A stretch of 64,000 nucleotides of DNA from Mobula hypostoma (taxonomy: Eukaryota), in assembly GCF_963921235.1 (NCBI RefSeq), contig NC_086107.1, positions 112,532,001 through 112,596,000 of the forward strand, read 5' to 3'. This document shows positions 49,040 through 61,700 of the stretch, in pieces (the first letter of the stretch is position 1; each line of letters begins with the position of its first letter). The notes under the pieces are model-generated. The model ran no database searches and was not told where the DNA came from. It saw nothing but the letters and a program-made list of their open reading frames with translations. The position numbers and the translations under genes are program-made.

Positions 49040-49613
49040 ATCACCTGGTCCTTCAATATCACCTCCCTGAATAAGAGGACACAGCAGAGCTTCCCCCTCC
49101 TGAGGAGACTGAGACAAGTGAAACTCCCCTCTCCACCCCATCTGTACTGAATTTTACAGCAGCACCACTGAGAGCATCCTGACAAGGTGCATCTCCATCT
49201 GGTCTGGGAGCAGCCAAAGGACTGTGAGAACGATCAAGAGGATCATAGGGGTCTCCATACCATTCTTCGGGGACATTTATCAGGGGAGGGGGTGCTGCGT
49301 ATTAGTATTATCAAGGATCCCACTCGTCCGTCCAGCATCCTCTTTGACTTTCTACCATCAGGCACCAACAGATGGGAAACAGCTCCTTCCCTCAGGCCAT
49401 TAGGCTTCTGAGCTCCCTGCCGCATCACATTCAAAGTGTCACTGGATAATTTGTACTGTACCCTAAATATTTAGTTTCTGCACTTTACTTTCTTACTTTC
49501 CTAAGTTGTTGCATGTCATGTATACTATTGTACTTTACCTCCTGGTCTGGAGAAGCATTGTCTCGTTTGGCAGAATACATGTGTATAGTTAAATGACAAT
49601 AAACTTGACTTGA
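49040..49613 (+). mobile_element. Rex1/Babar 3' fragment
   Basis: Same subfamily as 31770-32398; GACAATAAACTTGACTTGA tail. Confidence 0.75.
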
Positions 49614-49702
49614 TGTTGCTTCCCCACTCTCCAGTTTAGTTTCAAAGCTTTAGAGAGATTCTAAGTAAAGTTCAAAGTGAATTTCTTATCAAAATACATA
49701 TA

Positions 49703-50020
49703 AAGTAAAGTAAAGGCATCCATTAGTCTTGCAAGAGCATGGATCTGCACCTGGTAAGTCTTCATTCTCCAGGGCGCAGGCCTGGGCAAGATTGTATGGA
49801 AGACCAGCAGTTGCCCATGCTGCAAGTCTCCCCTCTCCACAACACCAATGTTGTCCAAGGGAAGGGCATTAGGATCCATACAGCTTGGCACCAGTGTCGT
49901 CACAGAGCAATGTGTGATTAAGTGCCTTGCTCAAGGACACAACACGTTGCCTCGGCTGGGGCTCGAACTCACAACCTTCAGGTAGCTAGTCCAATGCCTT
50001 AACCACTTGGCCACATGCCC
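49703..50020 (-). mobile_element. tRNA-derived CORE-like SINE, full length
   Basis: 12-bp TSD AAAATACATATA (49691-49702, 50021-50032); reverse complement of the 43029-43311 family. Confidence 0.85.
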
Positions 50021-51817
50021 AAAATACATATATATCACCATATACAACCCTGAGATTCATTTTCTTGCGGGCATACTCAATAAGCCTATAATAGAATAAT
50101 AAACAATACAGAATCAATTTGGATTTACTGAGAAAGCAGTTCAGAAATAATTCCATCATATTGTTTCCTCCCTCTAAAAGCTTCAGAAAGATTCAATGTC
50201 AAGTCCAGTAGACCTGACTCCAATTCCATGGATTCTGTTCGACTGAGGAACAGATTGGGATTCTTCCCAGATGGATACAATGATCCATGTCAGTATAACA
50301 CCGGAGAGTCAACTTCACAGGATAAGTGCTTTAGTGTAATATCTGTGAACTTATTTTGTATTTTCCATTGTTTCTGCTCAGAGAGTGGGGCAGAAAGTTG
50401 CAAATTGTCTGAAAATATCTGTCCGTCAAAGCCCCACGGGAACATAATTGCATCCAGGCAATTTCATACATCACAAGTCTGCTGCAGATGATTGACACAA
50501 GTATTGAACGGGATCCTAAATAGTACAAAGTGAGCCATCTGTACGTCCAGTGGAGCATTGCTGTATCCTGTTAACATCCTGTGTGTGTCTGCAACTGGGC
50601 ACCAATTACTCCACCCAAGGAGAAAGCAAGAACCTACGTTTCCGTAGCAACTATCACTTTATAGCTAATGAGGTACCTTCTGAAGTATAGACATTGTTGT
50701 AAGGTCCCTTTGTACTACTCCAATGTACTTACGTTTGGAATGATCAGTCTGGATGCAAACAAGAGCTTTACACTGTATCTCGGTGCACGGGACAATGATA
50801 AACCAATTAACAGCAAGGTAGCAAAATTGCACACAGCAAGCTCCCGCATCAGATAATTTGCTTGAGTGATGATATGATACTGTAAATATTAGAGCGCAAG
50901 AAATAGGAGCGTATGTGGGTCATCAATTCTGCCATGCCTTTCAATTAATAATTTGAATAATTCAGTGGATTGATTCAAATCAAATGTTTTAAATGGTTCA
51001 GTTTAATAGCAGAGAATATATACAATATACAACCTGAAATTCTTACTATCCACAGACATCCACAAAACAGGAAACCCCATAGAATTAATGATAGTAACAC
51101 CAGAACCCCGAAGACCCCTCCCATGAACAAGCAGCAGCAAAGCATCGACCCTCCCTCTACTCGCACTACCCCCACAATGCAAGCAACAGCAAAAGCCCCC
51201 AAAGAGACTTTGGTCTAGATGCCATCAAAAACTACAGTCCGTAACCCAGCACCTCAGTATCTCAGACAGGCTCTCTTCCGCGGCACTTCTCCAAGACCCC
51301 CAACTTGGGGACCCACAGGGTCTCACTTTCCATTAAAAGACAGAAAGAAAGAGGGGGACTGCTCGAGAACGGGGGCCTTCTTCTGACAGCAAGCGCCCTC
51401 CGCCTTCTGTCCCAATCTTTCCGACTCCCACGAAGCTTCAGACAGCGAAAACGGTGAGGAACTGAGTCGTCTTCCCTGGAAGGAGCACATCTTCCAGGCT
51501 GCTCCTCGCCATATCGAAATGTCAAGCCACACAGCTGGTGTGAAAACCCACCGTTTCTTACCTCCAGTTCCAATTTCCCATCTGTTCCCCATAACCCTTG
51601 TAATCAAAAAATAAGCCAGTCTGAGCCTTGAATACATTAGAAGACTCCGCCTTAACCATTCTCTGAGGTAGAGAACACCAAATCTTCTGTGGTCCTCTGA
51701 GTGATGAAAATCAGCTTCATCTTTATCTTAAATGGGCACGCCATTTTTCTAAAACTATGCGTCTTTTAGTTGTAGGTTTCTCAGGGAAAAGAAAATCACA
51801 GCAGCATCTACCTTGCC

Positions 51818-52430
51818 AAGTTCTTCAAGTTCCTGGGCATCAACATCTCTGAGGATCTGTCCTGGGCCCAACATATCGATGCAGTTACAAAGAAGGCATG
51901 ATGGCGACAATATTTCATGAGGAATTTGAGGAGATTTGCTATGACACCAAAGGCACTCACAGGTATTTACAGGTGTACTGCAGAGAATTCTGACTGGCTG
52001 CATCACCATCTGGTATGGGGTGGGGTGGGGAGTGGGGACTGCACAGGATGGAAATAAGCTGCAGCGTTGTAAACTCAGTCAGCTCCATCACAGGCCCTAG
52101 CCTCTCCAACATCCATGACATCTTCAAGGAGCAACACCACAAAAAGTTACCATCCATCGTATAGGACCCCCCATTATCCAGATCATGCCCTGTTCTCACT
52201 GCTACCATCAGGAAGGAGGTACAGGAACCTGAAGGCACACACTCAGTGATTCAGGAACAGCTTCTTCCCCTCTGCCATCTGATTTCTGAATGGATATTGA
52301 ACCCATGAACACTACCTCTCCACTTTCAATTCTCTTTATGTGCTACTTATTTAATATAACTTTTCAAATATATATACATACACACACACACATACGTGTG
52401 TGATATTAAACCAGATTCTGATTCTGATTC
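51818..52430 (+). mobile_element. Rex1/Babar 3' fragment
   Basis: FKFLGINISEDLSW RT C-terminal motif; (GATTCT)n tail at about 52414-52430. Confidence 0.8.
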
Positions 52431-52559
52431 TTAAATATGTTTTATAATCACGAGTGATTCTGCAGATGCTGGAAATCCAAACTAACACACTCAAAATGCC
52501 GGAGGAACTCAGCATTTACTGAGAGGCATCTTTTACATTGCTTCTCCTTCTTTTACAGT

Positions 52560-53030
52560 GTTGGGTGCTGCCTGGATTGGAGGGCGTGTGTTATCATGAG
52601 AGGCTGGACAAACTTGGGTTGTATTCTCTAGTGAGACAGAGGCTGAGGGGAGATCCGAAAGAGGTTTATAAGATTATGAGAGGCAAAGATAGAGTAGACA
52701 GGGAGTATCTTTTTCCCAGAGTTGGAATATTTAATATCAGAGGGCGTGCATTTATGGTGGGGGGGGGGGTAATTTCAAAGAAGGTGTGAGAAGCAAGTCT
52801 TTTTCCACTGAAACTGGTGCATGCCTGGAGGGTACTGCCTGTCATGGTGGTAGAAGCAAATACCTTGGGGCTTTTTAAAGATGTTTAGATAGGCACATGA
52901 ATGTGAGGAAAATGGAAGGATATGGACATTGTGTAGGCAGAGAAGATTAGTTTAATTGACCACTTAATTGTTAATTTAATTGGTTCAACACAACATTGGG
53001 GGCGGAAGAGTGTTCTTATGCTCTAGTGGT
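52560..53030 (+). mobile_element. CR1 3' fragment
   Basis: LPGLEGVCYHERLDKLGLYSL..RLRGDPKEVYKIMRG. Confidence 0.8.
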
Positions 53031-53084
53031 CAATAATATATGTATGTTCTGTGGTCTATAAAAGTTTGCAACAATCTCTCTAAC

Positions 53085-53560
53085 GCAACATTGAGCGCAC
53101 CTACATGAAACGCTGTCGTAGGAAAGCAGCGCCCATCATCAGAGATCCTCACCACCCAGGCCGTGCTCTTTCCCCGCTGCTGCCGTCAGGTAGAAGGTAC
53201 AGGAGCCTCAGGACTCGCACCACCAGGTTCAAGAACAGTTACCACCCCTCAACCATCAGGCTCTTGTGCAAAAGGGGAAAACGACACTCACTTGCCCATC
53301 CATTGAGATGTTCCCACGACCAGTGATCTCACTTTAAGGACTCTTTATCTCATTTGCTCATGTTCTCGTTATTTATTGCTATTTATTTATACTTGCATTT
53401 GCACAGTTTGTTGTCTTCTGCACTCTGGATGATCTTTCATTGATCCTGTTATAGTTACTATTCCATAGATTTGCTGAGCACGCCCACAAGGAAGTGAATC
53501 TCAGGGTTGCATATGCTGATACACATGTACTTTGATAATAAGTTTACTTTGAACTTTGAA
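53085..53560 (+). mobile_element. Rex1/Babar 3' fragment
   Basis: IIRDPHHPGRALSPLLPSGRRYRSLRTRTTRFKNSYHP; (TTTGAAC)n tail. Confidence 0.85.
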
Positions 53561-53999
53561 CAAATCTCTCCTTAACAAAAGAGGTCATTCCTTCCTAGAA
53601 ATGAATGGAATATTCCATTTGAAATCTAACCAAAGCCTCAGATCACAGAACATTGAAGCATAGTTTGGGCCCTCAGCCCACAATGTTATTCTGACATTTT
53701 ATCCTACTCCACAATCAAACTCCAGTTTTCTTTCATCCATGTGCCGATCTATCAGTCTCTTAAATATGCCTAATGTATCAGCCTCTATCACTAGCCTGTT
53801 AACGTTAGTTAACCAGACAATAGGTTCCATGTACTTCCCATCCTCTGTGAAACAAGGTCTTCCTCTGACATCTCTCCGAAACTTCCACCCCCCCCCCCCA
53901 CTCACCATAAAAGGATGTCCTCTGGTTTGAGAAAATCCTTGATAAAACCATATTTTTAAAAAAGTCCCCGGTACGGGCTGTGAAAAGCTATTTTCAGAG

Positions 54000-55095
54000 T
54001 GATAAGACAATTCCGACTGAGGTTAGGGAGAGAATTGGATACACGTCAGCGCTGGCAGGGTTGGCAGGCCGTCACTTCCTACAAAGTGAAACCTAACCTT
54101 ATGAATGGCACTGAAGCTTCACTCCCGGCGGAGCTCAACGCCTCTTATCCTCGCTTTGAAAGGGAGAATAAAATTACATCTATGCGAATCCCTGCAGCAT
54201 CCAGTGATGCTGTTATCTCTGTCTCAGAGCCAACGTCAGGACATCGTTCAAGAGCGCTACTCCTCGCAAGGCAGGCGTTAGGCCCTGATGGTGTAGCTGG
54301 TAGCACTCTGAAAACCTGTGCTATCCAACGGCGGGGGTGCTCAAGTACATCTTCAATCTCTCACTGCTGCAGCCGGAATTTCCCACCTGCGTCAAAAGAG
54401 CTACCATCATACCAGTGCCCAAGAAGAGCAGGATGAGCTGCCTCAGTGACTATCGTCCAGCAGGACTCACAGTGACTGTGAAGAAGTGCTTTGAGAGGTT
54501 GGTCATGTCTAGAGACAACTCCTGCCTGAGAAAGGACCTGGACCCGGTGTAATTTGCCTATCAGCGCAATAGATCTCATTGGCTCCTCACACGGCCTTCG
54601 ATCACCTGGAGTTTGAGGAGAATTGATACGTTACTGGAGATATTCACAAATTTGGTTGCACCAACATCTGGTATGGAGGGGCCACTGCACAAGGTCGAAA
54701 AAAGCTGCAGAAAGTTAACTCAGCCAGCTCCATCATGGGCACAAGCCTCCCCAGCAATGAGGACATCTTCAAAAGGAGATGCCTCAAAAATTATTATTAT
54801 GGATAGCTAACACCCAGAACAAGCCCTCTCTCATTGCTACTATCAAGGAGGAGGGGTACAGGAGCCTGAAGACACACACTCAACAATTCAGGAACAGCTT
54901 CCTCCTCTGCCATTAGATTTCTGAGTGGACATTGAACCCATGAAAACTACCTCACTTTTCCTCTCTCTTTTTTGCACTACTTTTTAAATTTATATACTTA
55001 CTGTAATTTATAGTTATTATTATCTATTACAATGTACTGCTGCTGCTAAGTAACAAATTTCATGACATACAGATATTAAACCTGATTCTGATTCT
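54000..55095 (+). mobile_element. Rex1/Babar LINE, internally deleted (RT N-terminal part + 3' end)
   Basis: ALGPDGV, IFNLSL...ATIIPVPKKSRMSCLSDYRP...KCFERLV; (GATTCT)n tail at about 55084-55095. Confidence 0.8.
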
Positions 55096-55411
55096 CTGTC
55101 TGTGCTTCTTGTACACCTCTAACAAGTCACGTCTCACCCTCCTTCACTCTGAAGAGAAAAGCCCCAGCGATACAAAATAATAACTATAATTTGCAATATT
55201 TATATGTAAAAAAAGAAAATTGAATTAAGTAAGTAGTGCAGCGAGAGAGGGAAAGAAGAATACCGAGCCAGTGCTCACGGATTCATTGTTCCTCGTAAGA
55301 CATGTTCTCTAGTACAAATAGCATCCTGGTAAATCTCCTCTGCACCCTTTCTAAAGCTTCCACATCCTTCCTATAATGAGCTGAACACAACTGAGCACGA
55401 TATTGCAAGGT

Positions 55412-55508
55412 ATTATACGTCTGCGTAGCCTCCAACCTGATGGCATGAACATTGACTTCTCTTACTTCTGTTATTGCCCCACCTCCCCTTCGTACCCCAT
55501 CCCTTATT

Positions 55509-55558
<50 letters not shown>

Positions 55559-55897
55559 TCTCTCTCCTCTCTCTGTCCCTCTCACTATAACTCCTTGCCC
55601 ATCCTCTGGGCTCCCCTCCCCCTTTTGTTCTCCATAGGTCTCCCGTCCCATGATCCTCTCCCTTCTCCTATCCCTTTTGCCAATCACCTGTCCAGCTCTT
55701 AGCTCCATCCCTCCCCCTCCTGTCTTCTCCTATCATTTCAGATCTCCCCCTCCCCCTCCCACTTTCAAATCTCTTACTATCTCTTCTTTCAGTTAGTCCT
55801 GACGAAGGGTCTCGGCCTGAAACGTCGACTGTACCTCTTCCTAGAGATGCTGCCTGGCCTGCTGCGTTCACCAGCATCTGCCGATTTCCTCCTGTTT
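55412..55897 (+). mobile_element. Young Penelope 3' fragment with (CT)n expansion
   Basis: RLRSLQPDGMNIDFS; (CT)n at about 55513-55565; imperfect ACGATATT flanking duplication. Confidence 0.85.
55795..55830 (+). ncRNA. Minimal hammerhead ribozyme motif (Penelope pLTR)
   Basis: AGTC CTGACGA AGGGTCTCGGCCT GAAA CGTC GACT. Confidence 0.7.
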
Positions 55898-57714
55898 ACG
55901 ATATTACAGGTGTGGTCTAACCAGAGTTTTATGGAGCTGCAACATTACCTCATGGATCTTGAATTCAGTCCCCCGACTAATGAAGGCCAGCACACCGTAT
56001 GCCTTCTTAACCATCCTATCAACATGAGCAGCAACTTTGAGGGATCTATGGATGTGGACGCCAAGATCTCTCTGTTTCCGCCAGGAATCCTGCCATTAAC
56101 CTTGTACTCTGCCTTTGATTTAGTAGTTTCATCCCACTCGTTCAGACTCTCCCAAGAAGATGAGAGGAGACTTGACAGACAACAAGAGGCATAACTAGAG
56201 TGACTAGCCAGCTACTTTCTCCCAGGGTGGTAATGGTTCATATATGAGGGCATAATTTAATGGTGATTGGAGGGAAACATGGGGGGGGGCGGATGTCGGG
56301 TTCCACAGAGACTGGTGGGTGCCAGAGGTGGTGGTAGAGGCAGACCCATCAGGGACATTCAAGAGATTCCAAGTGTGGTCTGACTAGAGTTTTATAGAAC
56401 TGCAACACTACCTTGCAGCTCTAGAATTCAATCCCCCCACCCCAACTAATGAAGGTCATCACACCATAAGTGTTTTAACCACCCAATGTGCTCTATATAA
56501 AGGTTTAGGATAATATCACTTCTGTCCTCTGTTCCTCTCTGGATCTGGTGTGTTTTGTTAACATTCTTCTCAACTAGTTCAATACATTCTCTCTGACCCT
56601 CAATGCTTTCAATGGCACCTTTAAGCTTATGTATGGTTGCATAACAACTGTGCAGAAGTCTAGGTCTACGTGTCGAGGCCAAGAAGCGAGCCCATAATTA
56701 ACTCCATTTCTCTCCAGTCTTGCTAATTGAAGCTCTGAGGAAGATTGCAATCATTGAGGAGTGAGCGGAAGGTGAGGGGGTGTTCAGCGCCGCCTACCGG
56801 CCTGTCTCCCGCTGCTGCCGGAGGAAGGAGTCTGCGTGTGCCGGTCTGTCTCGCCTTCTCGCTTACGGCTCCCGAAGGAAACCTCCGCGTTCATATGGTC
56901 TCTTTCTCTCTCCCTCGATGCGGTCGGAGGATTGTGCCTGAGTTCAGGTGTTGGGCAAGGTCTAATCGACGTGGTTTGAGGATTGGGCTCTGTACTTCAC
57001 GTTAGGATGTGTTTCTGGTTCTGACCGTTTCCTTTTTTTGTTGTTATTTTGGGCGATTTTGAATCGGGGCGGCCTGCTGATAATGAACACTGAGCAGAAG
57101 CTGAATATGCCTGGACTTCTTCAATTTTGTGTTTTATACTCTGTGTTTTTCACTTTTTTTTGGTTGTGATTTACGCAATTTGTTTTTTTTGCACATGGCA
57201 AGGTTGATACTTTTCTTTGAACAGGTTCCATGGTTTTTTCTTTGCTATGTGGCTGTCTGTGGGAAGATGAAGCTCAGGATTGTATACTACATACAAACTT
57301 TGATAATAAATGTACTTTGACTTTCACTTGACTGGACGATTGTTCTTCCAACTATATTTTAGAAAGGATGTGAAGGTCCTTGAGAAGGCAGAGAAAAGGT
57401 CTACTGGGATGGTTCCAGGGATGAGGGATTTCGGTGACAAGGTTAGACTGGAGAAGCTGATACGGTTCTCCCTGGAGAAAAGAAGGTTGAGAAGACATTG
57501 GTGTAGAAGATGACGATGGATTTAGATACGACCTTTTTTATGCCATGGACCAATACAGGGGTGGGAACCCCTGGGATAGAGAGAAGGGGAAAATTCCAGC
57601 AACTGGGTTCAGACCTGATCTCAGGTGCTGTCTACAAGACGTTTACCTGTCCACCCTGTACAGTTCCTCCAGGTGCTCCAGTTTCCTCCCACATCCCAAA
57701 GACGTGGAGCTCAG

Positions 57715-57990
57715 CGGCCACAGTAGCATAGTGGTTAGCACAACACTAGCTCAGGGCGTCGCAGTTCAGAGTTCATTTCCAGCATCCTCCGAAAGGAAGT
57801 TTGTACGTTCCTTGCAATGCGCACGTGGGTTCCCACTGGATACTCCGGTTTCCTCCCACAGTCCAGAGACCTACCAGCTAGTTGGTTAATTAGTCATTGT
57901 AAACTGCCCCCAAGAATAGGCTAGGGTTAAATTGGTGCGTCACAGAGGGCTGAAGGGGGCTGCCCCACACTGTATCTCAATAAATAAATC
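57715..57990 (+). mobile_element. V-SINE (HE1-like)
   Basis: GGCCACAGTAGCATAGTGGTTAGC head, CTCCGGTTTCCTCCCACAGTCC core, AATAAATAAAT tail. Confidence 0.75.
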
Positions 57991-58124
57991 TGTAAATAGA
58001 TCAGCCACAGAAAATCGTGCCCAGCGTAGTCTGGTGGCAGAATGGTTGGGAATGTCAGGAGAATGGGTTAGAAGGAATATAAATGGGGGAATGGGATTAT
58101 TCCAAGAACTGACACAGGCTCAGT

Positions 58125-59680
58125 GCACTAAGTTTGCTGATGACACCACCGCTGTGGGCCAAATCAAAGGTGCTGATGGATCAGCATGCAAGAGAAAGAT
58201 TGAAAATTTGGCTGAGTGGTTTCATTTCCTGAGGAGCATCAAGAAAGCTCACCTCTGTCCCAGGATACTGACGGGCTTTTACCGCTGTACCATTGAGAGC
58301 ATACTCACCAACTGTATCTCAGTGTGGTATGGCAATTGTCCCGTATCGGACCGCAAAGCACTCCAGCGTGTGGTGAAAACTGCCCAACGGATTATCAGCA
58401 CCCAATTGCCCACCATTGAGAACATCTACCATAATCGCTGCCTGGGCAGGGCGAAAAGCATTATCAAGGATGCATCTCACCCTAACCATGGACTTTTTAC
58501 TCTCCTCCCATCTGGTAGGCGCTACAGGAGCCTCCGCTCCCGCACCAGCAGGCACAGGAAGAGCTTCTTCCCTGAGGCTGTGTCCCTGCTGAACCTCTCA
58601 TCACAGCGCTAAGCAGTATTGCACCCATATTGTACTGTCTCAGTACTTTTATATTTGTGTGCTGTAGTACTTACTTTTTATTCGCAGTTATTTTGTAAAT
58701 AACACTATTCTTTGCATTTCTGGTTAGATGCTAACTGCATTTCATTGGCTTTGTATCTGTACTCGGCACAAAGACAATAAAGTTGAATCTAATCTAACCT
58801 AATCTAATCTAATTAAAAACAACCTCTCCCTCAATGTCAGCCAGACCAAGGAACTGATTGGAGACTTCAGGAGAGGGAAACCAGAGGTTCATGAGCCAGT
58901 CCTCATTGGAGGATCAGAGGTGGAGGGGGCCAGCAAATTTAAATTCCTCGGTGTTTTTATTTCAGAGGACCTGTCCTGGACCCAGCACACGAGTGCAATT
59001 ACAAAGCAAGCATGACAGCGCCTTTACTTCCTTAGACGTCTGCAGGGATTCAGTACGACATCTAAAACTTTGACAAACTTCTATAGATGTGCAGTAGAGA
59101 GTATATTAACTGGCTGCAACATGACCTGGTATGGAAACATCAATGCCTTTGAATGGAAAATCCCTCAAAAGGGTAGTGGATTCAGCCCAGTATATCACGA
59201 TCAAAGCCCTCCCAACCATTGAGCACATCCACATGAAACATTGTCGTGGGAAAGCAGCATCCATCACCACCCAGGCCATGCTCTCTTCTCACTGCTGCCT
59301 TCGGGTAGAAAGTACAAGAGCCTCAGGACTCACACCACCAGGTTCAAGAACAGTTACCACCCCTCAACCATCAGGCTCTCGAACAAAAGGGGATAATTAC
59401 ACTCTCTTACCCCGTCATTGAAATGTTCCCATAACCAATGGTCTCACTTTAAGGACCCTTTATCTCATTATCTTATGTTCTCATTAGTTATCATTATTTA
59501 TTTATATTTGCATTTGCACAGTTAGTTGTCTTCTGCACTCTGGTTGATCTTTCATTGATCCTGTTATAGTTACTGTTCTGTAGATTTGCTGAGTATGCCC
59601 ACAGGAAAACGAATCTCAGGGTTGTATATGGTGACAAATATGTAGTTTGATAATAACATTCACTTTGAGTTTTGATCTTT
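58125..59680 (+). mobile_element. Older Rex1/Babar RT-to-3' fragment split by a younger Rex1 insertion
   Basis: KFADDTTAVGQI...IENLAEW stops at about 58220 and resumes NNLSLNVSQTKELI at about 58818. Confidence 0.85.
58221..58812 (+). mobile_element. Young 5'-truncated Rex1/Babar element nested in Rex1
   Basis: Open frame HFLRSIKKAHLCPRILTGFYRCTIESILTNCISVWYG...LLPSGRRYRSL...SFFPEAV; (AATCT)n tail at about 58786-58810. Confidence 0.9.
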
Positions 59681-60555
59681 AAAGTGGCCTCCCTTTTTGT
59701 CAAAAGGAATAAAAGAGAAATAGATTAGCAAGACTAGGGACAAAAACTAAATTGATTAAATATCAGACCAGGGAGGAAGGGTGGGTGGAGCAAACTCTCT
59801 CTGATACTGAAAGTGGTAATTATATTTCACATGATCCTACCTAGCGGCCAGGAGGGCGATACAGAAACGCTTCGTGGAGAGCGAAGGGCATGACAACATA
59901 CGGGAGATGTCATGATCATCCAGTGCAACCAAGGAAGATCCCAGTCTGTGACACCCTGTTAGTACTACTGGACCCAGACTTCTGAGGTCGAGGGAGTGGA
60001 AAAGCTCCTGTGAAATGGTGTTTCCACTTTGAAAACTTTCCCGCACAGGTGTCCTGTCATTGGCGGACACGATGGACAACCACCCAGATGTTCTCCCTCC
60101 CATCAGGCAGAAGATGCTAAAGCCTGAAAGCACGTATCACCAGGCTCAAGAGAGCTTAAATCCTGTTAAAACTACTGAAGAGTCCCCTTGTACGATAAGA
60201 TGGAATCTTAACCTAATTATTTACCTCATCATGGCCTTGAGGAAGGTCACTGACATGCTAAAGGAAAACTGCCTGAGATGGAGGACCTTCATTGCTGCCC
60301 TAAACGCAATGGGCAGTAGGTATCTCCATGTACTGACCTCCATGTTGTAAAGTGGTCGATGTGGATGGCATACAAAACAGAGATTTTCACTGTAGCTCGA
60401 TATATGTGACAGTAATAAACCATTTTACCAAAAGGGAGTCAGGCCCATACTTGAGGTAAAATTTGTCTGAAGTCTACAGGAATGGGACTAACTGCATCGC
60501 TTCTTAGTGACACAGCAAAGACCTGGGCGAATGCTTGTCTCCACTGCCAGAAGTG

Positions 60556-61079
60556 CACTCAGTGGCCACTTGGTTAAGTACGCCGGTACACCTGCTCATT
60601 AATGTAAATATCTCCTCAGTCAATCATGTGGCAGCAACTCAATGCATAAAAGCATGCAGACACGGTCAAGAGATTCAGTAGTTGTTCAGGCCAAACAACA
60701 GAATGGGGAAGAAATGTGATCTAAGTGACTTTGACTGTGGGATGATTGTTGGTGCCAGATGGGGTGGTTTGAGTATCTCAGAAACTGCTGATCTCCTGGG
60801 ATTTTCATGCACACAACAGTCCCTAGAGTTTACAGAGAGCAGTGTGAGAGAAAAACAACATCATCCAGTGAGCGGCAGTTCTGTGGTTTTTTGATGGGAG
60901 AAGTTCAGAGGAGAACGGCCAGACTGGTTCAAGCTGACAGTAACTCAAATATCCACATTTACAACAGTGGTGTGCAGAATAAGATCTCTGAACGCGCAAC
61001 ACACCAAACCTTGAAGCGGATGGGCTACAGCAGAAGACCATGAACATACAGGGCTACCTAATAAAATGGCCACTGAGTG
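60556..61079 (+). mobile_element. Tc1-like internally deleted DNA transposon
   Basis: Both TIRs; MGKKCDLSDFDCGMIVGARWGGLSISETADLLG remnant. Confidence 0.85.
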
Positions 61080-61409
61080 TATTTTATGATTCTGTGATTT
61101 GTATCTCCTTATTCTTCCTTCCAGGTTAACACCCTTTGATCCTGATTGGCGCTGGACCAAAGAAAATTCAGAATACAGAAATCATCTTCCTCTGAGCAAG
61201 ACACTCTTCTTTTCAACTATCGGATACATAGTGGTTCCCAGAATTGCCCATAAACTAAAGTTTCTATAGGTCAGAAAGGCTGTTTGCCGAGGTCACAAAA
61301 GTTGCTCTGAAGGGTTCATTATCTGCAGATTAATACAGGTTTATGTTATCTTTAGATATTAGAATTCATTAACTAGTATTGATTAGTACTACGGCATCAA
61401 ACTTATGGC

Positions 61410-61700
61410 AATGTGGCTAGGCACAGTTCAGATGCCATCTATAAATTTGCTGGTGACACAATTATCATTGGCAGAATCTCAGATGGCAATGAGAGGGCGT
61501 ACAGGAGCGAGATATATCAGCTAGTTGAGTGGTATCGCCACGACAACATTGCGCTTAACATCAGTAAGACCAAAGATCTAATTGTGGACTTCAAAAGGGC
61601 AAGACGAGGGAACAAACACCAGTCGTGAGGGATCAGAAGTGGAAAGAGGGAGCAATTTCAAGTTCCTGGGTGTCAATGTCTCTGAGAATCTATCCTTAGA
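61410..61700 (+). mobile_element. Rex1/Babar RT fragment
   Basis: IYKFAGDTIIIGRISDGNERAYRSEI...LNISKTKDLIVDF. Confidence 0.8.

Noticed and set aside
57932..58612. 226-aa ORF as a host gene
   Set aside because: Chimera of a SINE tail and two Rex1 fragments.
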